Shown piece by piece: positions 36,617 through 50,228 of a stretch of DNA of 64,000 bases (the first letter of the stretch is position 1; every line of letters starts with the position of its first letter). Origin of the DNA: Torpedo marmorata (lineage: Eukaryota); NCBI GenBank assembly GCA_977017645.1, contig OZ360220.1:151900001-151964000 (forward strand). The letters run 5' to 3'. The notes beneath the pieces were generated by a model. That model searched no databases. It had not been told where the DNA came from and saw nothing but the letters and a program-made list of their open reading frames with translations. The position numbers and the translations under genes were made by a program.

Positions 36617-38300
36617 TTAGGTGACATAGGTGACATCATTAATTTTTGACTTAACTCTATAGGGTCCTGAAAGTCTAGCCCTAAGAGGATTTGAATGGAT
36701 GGGAAACAGAACTAATACGTTCTCACCAGGTTTAAAAGTTCTCATCTTGGCCTTTCGATCATACCAAACCTTCATTCTCTGTTGAGTGGCCTTTAAATTC
36801 TCATTTGCCATCTCACAAGCCCTATGCAACTGATCCTTAAATTTGGAAACATAATCTAACAGATTTAAATGCACATCACTATTAATCCACTGTTCTTTTA
36901 ATAATCTTAAAGGACCTCTCACCTCATGTCCAAAAACTAACTTGAATGGACTAAGACCAAGTGATCCTTGGACAGACTCCCTCGTTGCAAATAACAACAA
37001 ATGAACCCCCTCATCCCAATCCTTTTCCTTCTCACAACAATAGGTTCTAATCATGTTTTTCAAAGTCGAATGGAACCTCTCCAAGGCCCCTTGACTTTCT
37101 GGATGGTACGCAGAGGATACAATCTGTTTAACTCCCAGTCCATCAACCACTTGTTGGAAAACGCCTGACATGAAATTACTGCCCTGATCTGATTGAATTT
37201 CCCTTGGCAAACCTACCAAGTTGAAAAACTTTACCATAGCCTTTACAATTGCCTTTGCTTTAATGTTTCTCAGAGGGATGGCCTCTGGAAATCTGGTGGC
37301 TGCACACATAATTGTTAACAAATACTCATTCCCCGCTTTGGTTTTGGGCAATGGGCCAACACAGTCCACAATCACTCTCGAGAAAGGCTCACTGAAAGCA
37401 GGGATAGGTTGCAAGGGTGCCACCGGGGGACCCTGATTAGGTTTACCCACCAGCTGACAAGTGTGACAGGCCCGGCAAAAGCTTACAACCTCCCTTCTCA
37501 AACTGGGCCAATAAAATTGTTTCATTATCTTCTTTATAGTTTTCTTCACCCCAAGGTGACCACCTAAGGGTGTACTATGAGCCAAAGTTATTATTGCATC
37601 CCTATATACTTTAGGGATCACAACCTGCTGCACTACTGCCCATTCTTCATTGGCAGGAACATCACATGGTCTCCACTTTCTCATCAACACCCCACCTTTT
37701 TCATAATAACCCACTGGCACCTTTTCAATCTCCTCTTCAGAGAGAACCTTATCCCTCACCTCAACAAGATCAGGATCGTCCTTTTGCCTTGCTATTAGCT
37801 CCTGTCGGCATAGTGACAAATCTGTGCCTTTAGGTGTCTTATCAGTGGATGGGTGTAACATAGGAGATTGCTCAACCTTTTCCAGGTTTTCTTGATTATC
37901 ACTGACATTTTCTTTCACCAAGTTATTTTCCACTGCCTTCTCTACAGTGACATTTTTCTTAGACATGGCCCTGGTTATGGCACATGCCGGATAAATATCA
38001 GAGTCTTTCTCTGACTTATCAATGACTGGCTTAGTGGTCATTCGCACTGCAGGAACTACTTTACCCTTGGCCAAGTCATTGCCTAACAACAGTGAGACTC
38101 TTTCTACTGGCAACTCTGATCTCACTCCTATTATAACAGGTCCTTCCACCAAGTCTGAGTCCAACACTATTTTGTGCAAAGGAATGGACTCAACATCACC
38201 CCCAATTCCTTTAATTAAATTTATGTCACCGGTGTCAGTAGCTTCACAAAATTCCAAGACACTATCTAACACAAGTGACTGAGCAGCTCCAGTATCTCAC
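36617..38300 (-). pseudogene. Gypsy protease and integrase
   Basis: DTGAAQS at about 38280-38296; HHCC zinc finger (AHSTPLGGH...CHTC); D,D,E core (VDCVGP, SDQG, ERFH); GPY motif. Confidence 0.93.
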
Positions 38301-39586
38301 AAGATTTTCACTGGAACTTGTTTTGATCCTGCCTTAACTGAAACAAAACCATCAGTCACAAAAGGTTTAAATACATCTCTAACTTTGTCAGTAAATTTAT
38401 CTCCTTCCTGGGTGTTATGCCTCTTCTCACTCTGAATACAAGCATTAGGTGTTGCATCCTTTTCTCTCTTCTTTTTCAACACTGGACAACTTGCTAGCAT
38501 ATGACCAGCCTTCCTACAGTAGTGGCAAATGGGACCCGAAGGGTTTTCCCTTTTCCACTTTCCTTCATCCCTTTCCTTAACACCACTTCCAAATTTACTT
38601 TCCACTTGCTTGGGATTATCCACAGTGACCTTTTGGAAAATTCTACCTGACGTCCACTTAGGCTTGTGGGTTAAAGCATATTCATCTGCTAACTTAGCTG
38701 AATTTTGCCAAGTTTTCACCTCCTTTTCATCTAAATATGCCTTAATATCCTCAGGAACACACCTTTTTATCTCCTCGATTATTATCAATTCTCTCAATTG
38801 ATTGTAATCATTGTTTACCGCCTTAGATGTGCACCACCGGTCAAAACACACAACTTTTTCATAGGCAAACTCTGTGTAAGATTGGGTTGCTGATCTTTTT
38901 TAATTTCAAAACTTCTGTCTATAAGCCTCTGGAACTAACTCATAAGCCTGGAGTATAGCCTTTTTCACCATTTCATAATCAGCAGCTTGCTCCGTGGTAA
39001 GAGTACAATAAGCTTGCTGAGCTTTTCCTTTTATTACACTTTGTAACATATGAGACCATTGGTGTTGTGGCCATTTTAATTTCACAGCCACCTTCTCAAA
39101 ATGTTGGAAGTACCTATCTATTTCTGCCTCCTCAAATGGAGGAACCAACCTAACTTCTCTACTAGCCAAAAACCCCACAGCAGGATGACGAATTTGATTT
39201 TGGTGCACTTCTTGTCTCCTCTCATTTTCTAACTTCATCTTTTCCAGCTCATATCTCCTATTTTTCTCATCGTTCTCTAAGTCTAATCTCTTTTGTTCCC
39301 TGGCTGCCTCCAATTCCAATTTCTTTAGTTCCAACTGTATGTTTTCAGAAGATTTACCCTTGGGAAACTGCTCTAACACGCTCACCTCAAACTTTTTTCC
39401 TTTTATATAGTATTTGACAATTTTTCTCCCAATCTCTGCCTTTTTCATAGATGGTTTTACAGAAGCAATGCCCAACTCTGTTGCTATAGCCACTAACTGT
39501 TCCTTTTTCGCCTTTTTTAAAGTATCAGGTTCAGGTGATTCCAAAAATTTTCCTTCATCCATTGTTGCTGGTTTTTCATTACACAC
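38297..39586 (-). pseudogene. Gypsy gag, frameshifted
   Basis: LVPPFEE..YFQHFEKVA..W..YELVPEAYRQKF capsid/SCAN-related region; CHYCRKAGHMLASC zinc knuckle. Confidence 0.9.
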
Positions 39587-39678
39587 ACACTAGCTTTTAA
39601 TTAGCTTTACAAAAGGAATGTCTTAAACCAGACTGGGATTCCTTCAATTACCAAGATGGATTTTTAATTCAAATCCAA

Positions 39679-39691
39679 GGACGAGCCCCCA
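39679..39691 (-). other. Primer-binding site complementary to tRNA-Pro 3' end
   Basis: TGGGGGCTCGTCC four bases after the 5' LTR. Confidence 0.85.
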
Positions 39692-39840
39692 ATTTTATTG
39701 CAAATTCAAACCAGCAACGACAGAAGACGCAATGCAAAAGGGGTAAAATTGAAATTTATATTTATTAAAGACAATTAAACATATAATTTCACAACAATTA
39801 ACCCCACTATAAACGTCTATAAACACTATTCTTATCTAAA

Positions 39841-39881
<41 letters not shown>

Positions 39882-40898
39882 GCCCAGACCATTACAGTCT
39901 GTGCCCAACCCTCATGTAAAAATGGAAAAACTTTCCCCAAAAACCCCAGGTCAGTCATAAAAACAAGTCAGTCAGAAAAAAAATAATACAGTCCACAAAA
40001 ATTCACTCTCTATGTTCAGGATCCAAATTCAGCTCTGTGTGCTGGCAAGAAGGACTTCTTAATGAACGTTGGAGAGAGACAATGACTGTTTATGCTTACG
40101 AATACTTGGCTTGCTTTTCTTCTCTGATGACTTTCCTTTTTGGTAGAGATTCACGAGGATTGCGACTCCAAATCAGTATACCACTGATTGAGGCGTGTAC
40201 TTGGATCTCACAGCTGGTCTCGCTGATCTCACGCCTGTTCTCCACAAAAGTTGCTTTAACTCAGGATTTTGCTGAGACAGGAGGCCATGTGCTATTCTCC
40301 CAGCCTTTTTCCCTGGGATGCACAAGCCTGGGTTTTGCTGTGTTCTCTAGCCTTTGCACTCCAAACTGCCACTGAATCAGAATGCTTTTTGCAGAGGTTT
40401 GCACCTGCTTTTGCAAAAGTGCAACAAAGTATCTTTTCCACAGCCTGTCTCTCTCTCTGGTCTCTCTCTCTCTCTCTGAGTACACCAAGTCCTGGGCAAG
40501 TTAACTCTTTCAGTACCTGGTCCCAGTGTGTACTCCAAAAGACTTCACCCTTCCTGCTGACCGTCCGCAGTCCAAATGGTCAGTTATGGTCCATAACAAT
40601 TGGGATTGTGTCGGGTTGCTGGGGCAATGCAGGGAGTTATGGCCTGCACCCACATCTGTGTCTGACCCAGATGCCAAAGTGGTCCTTTATTTCTGTAATT
40701 TAATAATTGGCACATCAAAGTCAAGCTGATTTTTAAAAAATGAAAAGATGGACTGGACTGTATATTCCTGATCAGAGTATGAAAGACATACCAATTATTA
40801 CTTCCTTGCCACGAGATTGTTCCCTTCTAAAACCAGCTGATCGCTTTACTTGACACCCCTTTCTTGCCCTGTATCCATATCTTTTGATTCCCTTAACT

Positions 40899-41140
40899 GG
40901 CACGGTTAGCATAATGGTCATTGCAACACTATGACAGCGCCAGCGACCCGGGTTCGAATACGCTGCTGTCTGGAAGGAGTCTGTACGTTCTCCCTGTGTC
41001 TGCGTGGGTTTCCTGTGGGTGCTCCAGTTTCCTCCCACCCTTCAAAACATACCAGGGTTGTAGGCTAATTGGGGAATTTGGGCAGCACAGCTCGTGGGCC
41101 TGAAGGGTCTGTTAGCGTGCTGTATATCTAAATTTAATTT
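40899..41140 (+). mobile_element. tRNA-derived V-SINE (HE1-like)
   Basis: B box GGTTCGAAT, central V-domain ttctccctgtgtctgcgtgggtttcc...tttcctccca, LINE-like tail. Confidence 0.85.
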
Positions 41141-41144
41141 AATA

Positions 41145-41625
41145 TCTAAATACCTATCAATATCTGACTTGAGCAGAGTCAGTGACTGGGCCTTCACGAC
41201 CCTCTAGGGCAGAGAATTACAAAGATTCATCACCTTCTTCTCAGCGAAGTCCTGAATGGCTGACCTCATATTTTAAGGCTGTGACCTCTGGCTCTAGACA
41301 CCCCAAATAGGAGAAATATCAACCCATATCTATCCTGTCAAGCTTCTTAAGAATTTTATGCATTTCAATGAGATCACCTCACATTTTTCTGCACTCAAGA
41401 GAGTACAGGCTCTGTCTGCTTAACATCTTCTCATGACAAATCCACCATTCTATGAATCAATCTGATGAACCTTTGCTGCTCTCCTTTAGTTGCAACTGAG
41501 ATAGGGGGAACCAGAGCTGTACAAAATATTCCAGATGTGGTCTCACCAGGGTCTACAGTATATAATTGGAATAAGATGTCTCTATTCTCCTTCTCAAATC
41601 CTGCTGCAAAAAAAAGCACTTACCT
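41145..41625 (-). mobile_element. Old CR1-like LINE fragment
   Basis: Degenerate ORF2 C-terminus (RDILFQLY...QQRFIRLI). Confidence 0.65.
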
Positions 41626-44600
41626 TCCTAATTGCTTGCTGTTGAATGTCTCTTATTGGAGGTCCTTTTTGCTTGCACTTGCTCAGTATGAACACAACTT
41701 TCCACTTATGCAGTCTCTATCTTTCTGTGTGCAGACAAGGGCTGCTTCCTTTTTTGAAATGTTAAGAATGGAACTGAATGCTGTGCAAATATCAGTGAGC
41801 ATCCCCACCCTTGGCATGTGGATAAAGAGAATGCTAGTGATGAAGCTCAGGTCATATGAATGGGTAGATATCCACCTGGAGTCACCAAGCCTGTTCCACC
41901 TTATCTCTACCTGCGTCCAATGTTCTCTCATCAAAAGAACTAATTAATGTGGTGAGGGTCCTATTGTGGGGGAGGGGGACTGGATTATCTGGATTAGGGA
42001 AGGAGGTTGTTGCATGGAAACAGGGCAAGGGGAGGGTTATTGTATTTGCACGGGGATTGGAGATAGAATTCAAGAGACACAGCATTAATTGACAGTGTCT
42101 CTCACCAACCACATGATTGGAAAGAGGACAGATGAGTCTCATTATCAGGTACTTCAGGCCTTCCAGTGGACAATTCTATTTCGAATTTGCAAATATTCTT
42201 CTGTAAAGAATTTCTTGTTGCTTCATTTCAAGTGCTTCTTGCAATCAACCTTGCAAACCAACCAATGTGGTTACTCTGCAGTAGAAGGTCAGCTAAAGGG
42301 CAAATTAAAACACTATATTTCTATTGAGGATATAAACCAATGAACACAAGTCATTTTGTGCAACAGATGAAAAATGGATGAAAAATCAGAAGAATGGTCA
42401 ATTATCACAGAGGAAAACTAAATTCAATTCTGAAGTAATTTTGCAAAATGAGAAACAGCATTACCTAAGCTAACATGTCTCTTTAAAATAAAGACTTTAA
42501 CTAATGCCCTTTACCTGAAACCATCTTTTAAGAATCTCTTTTATATAAGTCTACAGAAAAATGATTCAGACCTTAAATTCTGCTATTTCTTAAAAAGGAA
42601 TGTCATAATCTCTACTAGATAATTGTTACCAATAAGCATGGGCTGCAATGCAAGCATGGTTTTTATTAAGCTAATGGCACACAGGAATGCAATTTGAAGG
42701 GCCTTTTGTTACACATTTCAGTTTGATGTGTAGCATTATATATCTTTCTTTCATAATTTCATTTGTAGGAACAGTAGACTGTCAATTTTTGATGATGCAC
42801 CCTCAATCTTTGTGTGTTTCCAATAAACACCCACAAAAATCAGGACAAATAAATAAGGTATTGAGGGAGAATCTTTGGCCCAAAAACTGGAATGGGGCTG
42901 CACCACTGCCTGAATATCTTTGGTGGAACAGAATGGATAATTCACTTCTACTGTAGTTACCTTCCCTCCTGCATAAGCTGGTCAGGGGAAGGGAATGAGG
43001 AAGGGGTTAATTATACCCCACTGACCATCTCAAAGGACCCTGGTACTTTCCACCGAAGAAAACAATATGGCTACTCAGTGCTGGACTGCAAGAGGTTTGT
43101 TATTCACAGGTCAACCACGAGGTAAGCTATTTCTGACATCTGTGTGCAGTTTGGGGTGTTTTTGAGTTATATTATTCATTCAAGTGATTTAAATCACTGA
43201 CAAATGCATAATGCACAGTGGCAAAAGATCACAGAATGACAAAGGCATTCTTAACCTTTATGCTGCTGCTTCATTTAAAAATTAAGATTATGTCCTGGGA
43301 TAAACAATAGGGAATGGATTTATTATACTGGTCATGAATGGGGGGGACACATTTCAGGTTTATCATGGGACAGCATCCCCACAAGCAAATATACAAAGTT
43401 TGGAGGTTTTATACAAGAAAGAAGTCTGAGAATAACACAAAGTTAGAATTGTGAGTGGCTGGGTTAAAAAATATCAGAAGATAATTGTACAGCGGCTGCT
43501 GAGATATGTAAATATGAATGATAGTAACATTTATCATGGAAATTCCTTGGCACTTCAGTTGATTAATAATGTTTCTGACATTAAGTGAATAAAGGTATGC
43601 TTATTTACAGGGAATAAAGATACCCCTAGATGATTCAAACAGTTTGAAATGTGCTATCACACTTTAGAAAATGCACTTTATATTTAAAGCAACATATCAC
43701 ATAGGGGCACTTGCAAAAATCAGGATATAAAGTGATAAACATCTCAGCCTCAGATTAACCTCAGATTGTGTCCATTTCCAGCAACTGGTGGTCAATCTGG
43801 CACAGTTGTGCAGACAATTATTTACATAAGTTGAACATTAATTATGTTAAAGTACATTTGGGCAAGAGTGTTGCTCTCAGGTGCTGGAAGCTGCAGGTAA
43901 CATATTCACTTGATTCTACCATTGTGATTCCTCTCTTTGGCAGCGAGAAAAGGAAATATTTCCACTGTTGGAACTTCCCTCGAAATGTGGAGGCTTATCA
44001 CAACTATTTCATTTGCGTATTTGTATTCACAGTATTTGTTGTCCTTAATAAATGTTACATATGCAAATAATCAAGTTATGTCATGGTTTGGACAAAGTGT
44101 TCCCAATAAAGTGGATACAGATTGGAATCAAACATCTTGGTCATTGTGCACTATTATGTCTAAAAGGACATATAACATCACAGTAAAATACTAAGGACAC
44201 TAAAAGGAGACAGAGACTGTGACAGAGACTGAGAATGAGGCAGATCCCCATGGTCCTAAAGCCCTGAATCCTCCCCACATCTAACCTGCCGGCTCCTGTA
44301 AGAATCTGGTATGGGTCAATGAAATAAAGTGGATGTAATTACATAACATAACAATCACAAGAAAATTAAGTAGCAGTATTAGGCTGGGTACACTCAACAG
44401 GTCAAGCAGCCACTGTGTGGAATAAGTATTCCTGTGTCTTAGTGAAGGATCTGCAACCAGAATCACTGCCTTTCCTGCCATGAACCTCTGAAATATAACA
44501 TTTTGTGGCCTCTAAATAAAACACAAAACATACAATGCAGAGAAGCTTATGACTGTGTGAATTCATTACTTTTAATTAATCAAGTTATTAAATTTTAAAT

Positions 44601-44960
44601 GTATGCCCAGAAAAGCTGGTGTACCATGAAGGGTGGGCTACTATAGTGCAGATGAGATGGGACAACTGTTCTGGTCAAAAGCCACATCAACATTCTGTTG
44701 AACAAGTGTTGTATGGTTATCCAATCAAGCACTGTCACCTGGACTTCATCTCCTGAGTCTGGGCTCAGGAAACTTTCCACTGGTGGGGCTGGATGGGGTA
44801 GAGGTGCGGAGGGAACAGGCAGGCGAGGAGCTCAGCACTGGTCCAAGTCGGGCTGAAGATCAGTGCCATGAGGAATCTGATTGGCAGCTGGATGGGAAGA
44901 ACATTGATCATGGCTTTCTAGCATTTGAAGGAGAGGGATTGGCTCTACATTGGGGGAGGG

Positions 44961-45567
44961 GGCTGATGACACTAAGATTGGAGGTGTTGTGGACAGCGAA
45001 GAAGGTTTTCAAAGCTTGCAGAGGGATCTGGACCAGCTGGAAAAATGGGCTGAAAAATGGCAGATGGAATTTAATGCAGACAAGTGTGAGGTGTTGCATT
45101 TTGGAAGGACAAACCAAGAAAGGACATACACGGTAAATGGTAGGGCACTAAGGAGTGCGGTGGAACAGAGGGATCTGGGAATACAGATACATAGTTCCCT
45201 GAAGGTGGCGTCACACGTGGATAGGGTTGTAAAGAAAGCTTTTGGCATATTGAGGGTAGGTGAGATTCAAACAAGAGAACATAGGTTAAGGGTGAAAGGG
45301 GAAACGTTTAAGGGGAACATGAGGGGGAACTTCTTCACTCAGAGAGTGGTGGGAGTGTGGAACGAGCTTCCAGCTGAAGTGGTAGATGCGGGCTCAATTT
45401 TAATATTTAAGGGAAATTTGGAAGTATATGGATGGGAGAGGTATGGAGGGCTATGGACTGAGTGCAGGTCAGTGGGACTAGGCAAGAAAAAGTGGTTCGG
45501 CACAGTCTAGAGGGGCCAAAGTGGCCTGTTTCTGTGCTGTAATGTTCTATGGTTCTATGGTTCTATG
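44961..45567 (+). mobile_element. CR1-like LINE 3' fragment with internal deletion
   Basis: ADDTKIGG..LQRDLDQL..WQMEFNADKC..FFTQRVVGVWNELP; tail (ttctatgg)n. Confidence 0.9.
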
Positions 45568-46111
45568 AAGATTGGGGAGAAGGAAGTGAACAGTTCCATG
45601 CATGGTCTGGGTGAGAGGGACAAATGTATTCTATGGAGTTGCAGGCCAACACTATAGAGTATGACCACGTTGTCCCAGCTATGTACAACATAGGACATGG
45701 TACAAGATGCTCCACAATGGTCCAAGGGAAACATTGAGCAGAAAATGATGTCACTTCGTAAGGTCCTGACAAGGAAACCCCATTCCACGACAGGAAGTCC
45801 CAGGTAGGATTCTCCGGGGTGATGTGGAACAACCCAGAAATGGTTTCTGTAGACTGTTTAGGACTGAGATGTGATAGGACTGAAATTTTTAGTTCAATTT
45901 TTGGAATTCTCTACACCTGCGGGACATCGGGGCTTAGTAATTGAGTTCATTCAAAACCTAGATTGATATTAAAGGAATCTGGGGATGGTGTAGGAAATTG
46001 TTATTGAGTGGAAGATCAGCCATGGTCCTGATGAATGATGGAGGCTCGAAGATTCATATGGCTTTATGTCTTGTGTTAGTAAGTTTAGGAACCATGTATT
46101 AGCTCTTTTAT

Positions 46112-47160
46112 AAACATAAGAACTTCAGAAATAGGAGTAGAACTAAGCCATATGAATCTTCAAGGCTGCTACGCCACTCAATAACATGTTGGCTGATTTG
46201 GCCGTGGACTCAGCTCCACTTAACCACCTGCTCTCCACAATCCTTAATTCACTTATTCTTCAGAAGCCCATCTGTGTCTCAAATACATTCAATGAGGCAG
46301 CTCTACTGCTTCCTTGGGCAGAGAGTTCCCCAGATTCACTACTCATTATAGGAAGGATGTGGAAGCTATGGAGAGGATGCAGAGGAGATTTAACAGGATG
46401 TTACCTGGATTGGAAAATAAGTCTTATGAGGCAAGGTTAGCAGAGCTGGGACTTTTCTCTTTGGAGCGAAGAAGGATGAGAGGAGATTTAATAGAGGTCT
46501 ACATTATTATGAGAGGCATAGATAAGGTGGACAGCCAGCGCCTTTTTCCTAGGGCGGGAATTGCAAATACCAGGGGACATTTGTACAAAGTGAAGGGAGG
46601 GAAGTTTAGGGGAGACATCAGGAGTAAGTTTTTTTACACAGAGAGTTGTTTCATCCATGTGCCTGTCTAAGAGTCTCTTAAATGCCTTGCCAGGGATGGT
46701 GGTGGAGGCTGAAATATTAGGGGCATTTAAGAGATTCTTAGACAGGCACATGGATGAAAGAAAAATAAAGGGTTATGAGGTAGGAAAGGTTTAGATTTTT
46801 TTTTGGTAGGAGTATATGGGTCGGCACAACATCGAGGGCTGAAGGGCCTGTACTGTGCTGTAATGTTCTATGTTCTATTTTCTATGATGATAAGGGTGAA
46901 AGATGAAATGTTTAACAGGAACATTCAGGGCAACTTCTTCACACAGAGAGTGGTGAGAGTGTGGAACGAGCTGCCAGCTGAAGTGGTAAATTCGGGCTCA
47001 ATTTTGACATTTAAGAAAAATTTGGATAGGTACATGGATGGGAGAGGGTTGTAGGGCTGTGGTGTGGGTGTAGGTCAGTGGGACAAGGCAGAATAATAGT
47101 TTGGCACGGACTAGATGGGCCAAAGTGCCTGTTTATGTGTTTTAGTATTCTATGATTCTA
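46112..47160. mobile_element. Cluster of CR1-like fragments: minus 46112-46343, plus 46344-46880, plus 46890-47160
   Basis: LFSLERRRMRGDLIEVY and FFTQRVVRVWNELP motifs with typical tails. Confidence 0.85.
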
Positions 47161-48020
47161 CGGCAATGAAGGTAGACTCCATTTATTCAGCAACAATGTG
47201 TGTGTTTAGTCGCTGACACAGAAGCAAGGATGTCGGCGTTTACATCTGTTGTTTTCTTTTGGATTTCCAACATCTGTGGTATTTTGCTTTCAGCAAACAA
47301 GCTGCTATTGCAATGAGGCAGCACACTTAAGTCCCACCTGCCTAATTGTCTGTGGAATCAAATGACTTTCAGGACTGGAACGCAAACCACCAGCTCTTCA
47401 TCATGGAGTGGGCAGCAGCCTAGGCTCCAGCCTGGAACCAGACATGCATTTTAAAAAACCTAATGTATGATGTGCCCCATCGTGGAGAGAACAGACCTTG
47501 TGTGGATTTTACATCGCCTTAGCTTCTGGGTTACATATTGACCTGTAACATGCTTCCCACAGTGACAGAGATTCACAAAGAGGGATGGAATGTGGGGAGG
47601 AGTTTCAAAAAGGATGTTTAGCACTTATTACTGCAACAATATTTTATTTCTTAAAAACTGTATTAAACATCAGAATTAAATAGTTTCCACTTTCTTCAGA
47701 AACAAAAATAACTCCTAAAAGTCAACCAGATTTTCTGCTTGTGATAAGAAGGACATTCATGAGGTTCTTATTAAATCTGGTGCTCGAATCCAAAGTGAAA
47801 GGCAGGGAAATGAGAGACAAACTGCCCTCAGCAGCGGACTGACATACTTACGTTGAAATACAAGTTACATTGAATCCTGCATATGTTTTGGATGCACACA
47901 GTGTTTCATTTGCGTGCAGAATCGGTTTATACCAGGGAAACCACAGTTTCCTACAAAGGGGAAATAAAAGGGAGCCGGACATATCAGTAAACATTGGCAG
48001 CGATAGATGACTGATCCAGC

Positions 48021-48274
48021 TGTGGTAAACCACTATTGTATATACTATGGGCTGAGGACAAGTCTGAGCATGCCCTGCTGTCTGTCCCGGTGGCTCCTCC
48101 CCCTTCCCCCTTGAATAAAGGCCTTGAGCCACTGACCCCGCCTCCAGTTCCGGGACAGTCCAGCAGGTATCAACAGGTCAATTGTAGCTTGGCCCTGGCT
48201 CGGTTTTACTGTTAATAAAAGCCTTCGATCTCCCAGTACTTCCTGCCTCTGGTGAGTTATTGATAGGTATATCA
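48021..48274 (+). mobile_element. Solo LTR (254 bp) with 5-bp TSD
   Basis: TG...CA ends; CCAGC at 48016-48020 and 48275-48279; internal AATAAA. Confidence 0.8.
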
Positions 48275-48409
48275 CCAGCACAACACAACTTCCCTTCCAC
48301 AGAACCAGCCACTCACTGGAGTACTGTGTAGCCTTGTGTGAGAGAAAATTGTTTTTAACTGTTTGTCCTTACAGATACCAAACAGTTTTTATAATCCCAT
48401 GCCAAAGTG

Positions 48410-49463
48410 TAATTGGATCATGGATTTCCTCACCTCCAGACCACAATCAGTGAGGATTGGCAAGAACATCTCCTCCACAATCTCCATCAGCACCACAGGT
48501 CTGTGTTCTTAGCCCCCTACTCTACTCGCTTTACACCTATGACTGTGTGGCTCGGTACGACAATAACTCCATCTACAAATTTGCCGATGATATCACGGTA
48601 GTGGGTTGTATAAAGTCAGCATACAGAAGGGAGATTGAAAACTTGGCTGAATTGTGCACCAACAACAATCTTGCACTCAATGTCACCAAAACTAAGGAGC
48701 TGATTGTTGATTTCAGGAAGGGAATGCCAGAGGTATACAATCCAGTGATCACTCGGGGATCAGAGGTGGAGAGGGTGAGCAAACTTAAGTTCTTGGGAGT
48801 CACTATCTCGGAGGATCACTTCAGCGCCTCTACTTCCTCTGGAGTTTGCGGAGGTTTGGTATGACACCAGAAACTCTGGCAAATTTCTACAGATGTGTGG
48901 TGGAAAGTGTGCTGACCAGCTGCATCAGGGTCTGGTATGGGGACACTAATACCCCTGAGCGTAAAGCCCTCCAAAAGGTAGTGGACATAGCCCAGGACAT
49001 TACAGGCAAAACCCTCCCTACTATCGAGAACATCTACAAGGAACGCTGCTGTCAGAGAGCAGCAGCAATCATCAAGGATCCACACCACCCAGCACATGTT
49101 TTGTTCTCGCTGCTGCCATCAGGAAAGAGGTATAGGTGCCACAAGACTCACACCACCAGGTTAGGAACAGCTGCTACCCCTCCACCATCAGACTTCTCAA
49201 TGACAAACTCAATCAGGGACTCATTTAAGGACTCTTACTTGTGAACTTTATTGATTTTTTTTTATTCCCTCTGTATTGCACAGTTTGTTTACATTCGTTA
49301 TCTGTTTTCAGTTCTTTATTTGTTTACATGTATACGCTGTGTACAGTTTTTTTTTGCACTACCAATAAGTGGTAATTCTGCCTGGCCCGCAGAAAAAGAA
49401 TCTCAGGGTTGTATGTGATGTCATGTATGTACTCTGACAATAAATCTGAAATCTGAAATCTGA
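48410..49463 (+). mobile_element. Rex1/Babar LINE 3' portion
   Basis: [20 protein letters not shown]; NFYRCVVESVLTSCI; tail (AAATCTG)n. Confidence 0.9.
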
Positions 49464-49894
49464 TTAAGTATTGATGTTTTTATTTATTTATACCAATAAA
49501 GCGATTTTAATGAAACTATTGTGATTGTGGCAAACTGATACAATGTTATTTAATAAACATATTTCCTCCAGTGCAGCACACCTCAAACACACTTCACGGC
49601 TGTAGTGCATATTGGTTGTGAAAAGATGCTGTAGAATGGAAGGCCAGAAGTTTACTTTAACATTGAGAATGCATTGAATACACAGGTGTCACAAGTCAGC
49701 AGAAGCCCTGTTAGATTGCAGCAGCTGAAGGTTAAGAAATGCGCACAGGGTTGGGTATATGGAACAAGCTGCCAGAGGAAGTAGTAGATGTGGGCACCAT
49801 AGCGACATTTTAAATACATTTAGACAGGACATGGATAGGCAAGGTTTGGAGGGGCATGTGGTGAATGAAGCAAATTGGACTATAGACTAGAGAA

Positions 49895-50228
49895 ACGCGT
49901 TTCTACTTATCACCCCCCAGCCTCATCCTGCATCGTCCCCCATCTGATCTACATTTCTTTCTCTTTCTTTCTCTCCCTTTGTCTGGTACCTACTTTCTCA
50001 GTCTCCAAACTCCACCCCTCACCTTCCCCATCTGTCCGTCATCCTTCACCACTTCCTGGTTCACCAAACCCCTATTGGCCCCTGTCCAACCCCCCACCCA
50101 CCCCATCTTTGTTATACTGCCTGTCTCCCCTCTGCACTCTCAGTCTCGATGAACATTTCCACCTTGAAATGTCAATAATTCTGATGCTGCTCGATCTGCT
50201 CAGTTCCCCAGCAGTTTCTTTTTAGCTT
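49895..50228 (+). mobile_element. Old Penelope-like 3' UTR fragment
   Basis: Pyrimidine-rich UTR ending gatgctgctcgatctgctcagttcccca. Confidence 0.55.

Larger units (their letters stand above)
34762..40598 (-). mobile_element. Gypsy LTR retrotransposon, Gmr1-type domain order, internally deleted and defective
   Basis: LTRs 34762-35651 and 39696-40598; ATTG TSD on both sides; tRNA-Pro PBS TGGGGGCTCGTCC; order gag, PR, INT, RT tail, RNase H. Confidence 0.95.

Noticed and set aside
40899-40975. tRNA gene
   Set aside because: tRNA-like head of a V-SINE, not a complete cloverleaf
43098-43128. Possible 12-nt plus-strand microexon (cag|GTCAACCACGAG|gtaagc)
   Set aside because: No host gene or partner exons identifiable; can arise by chance
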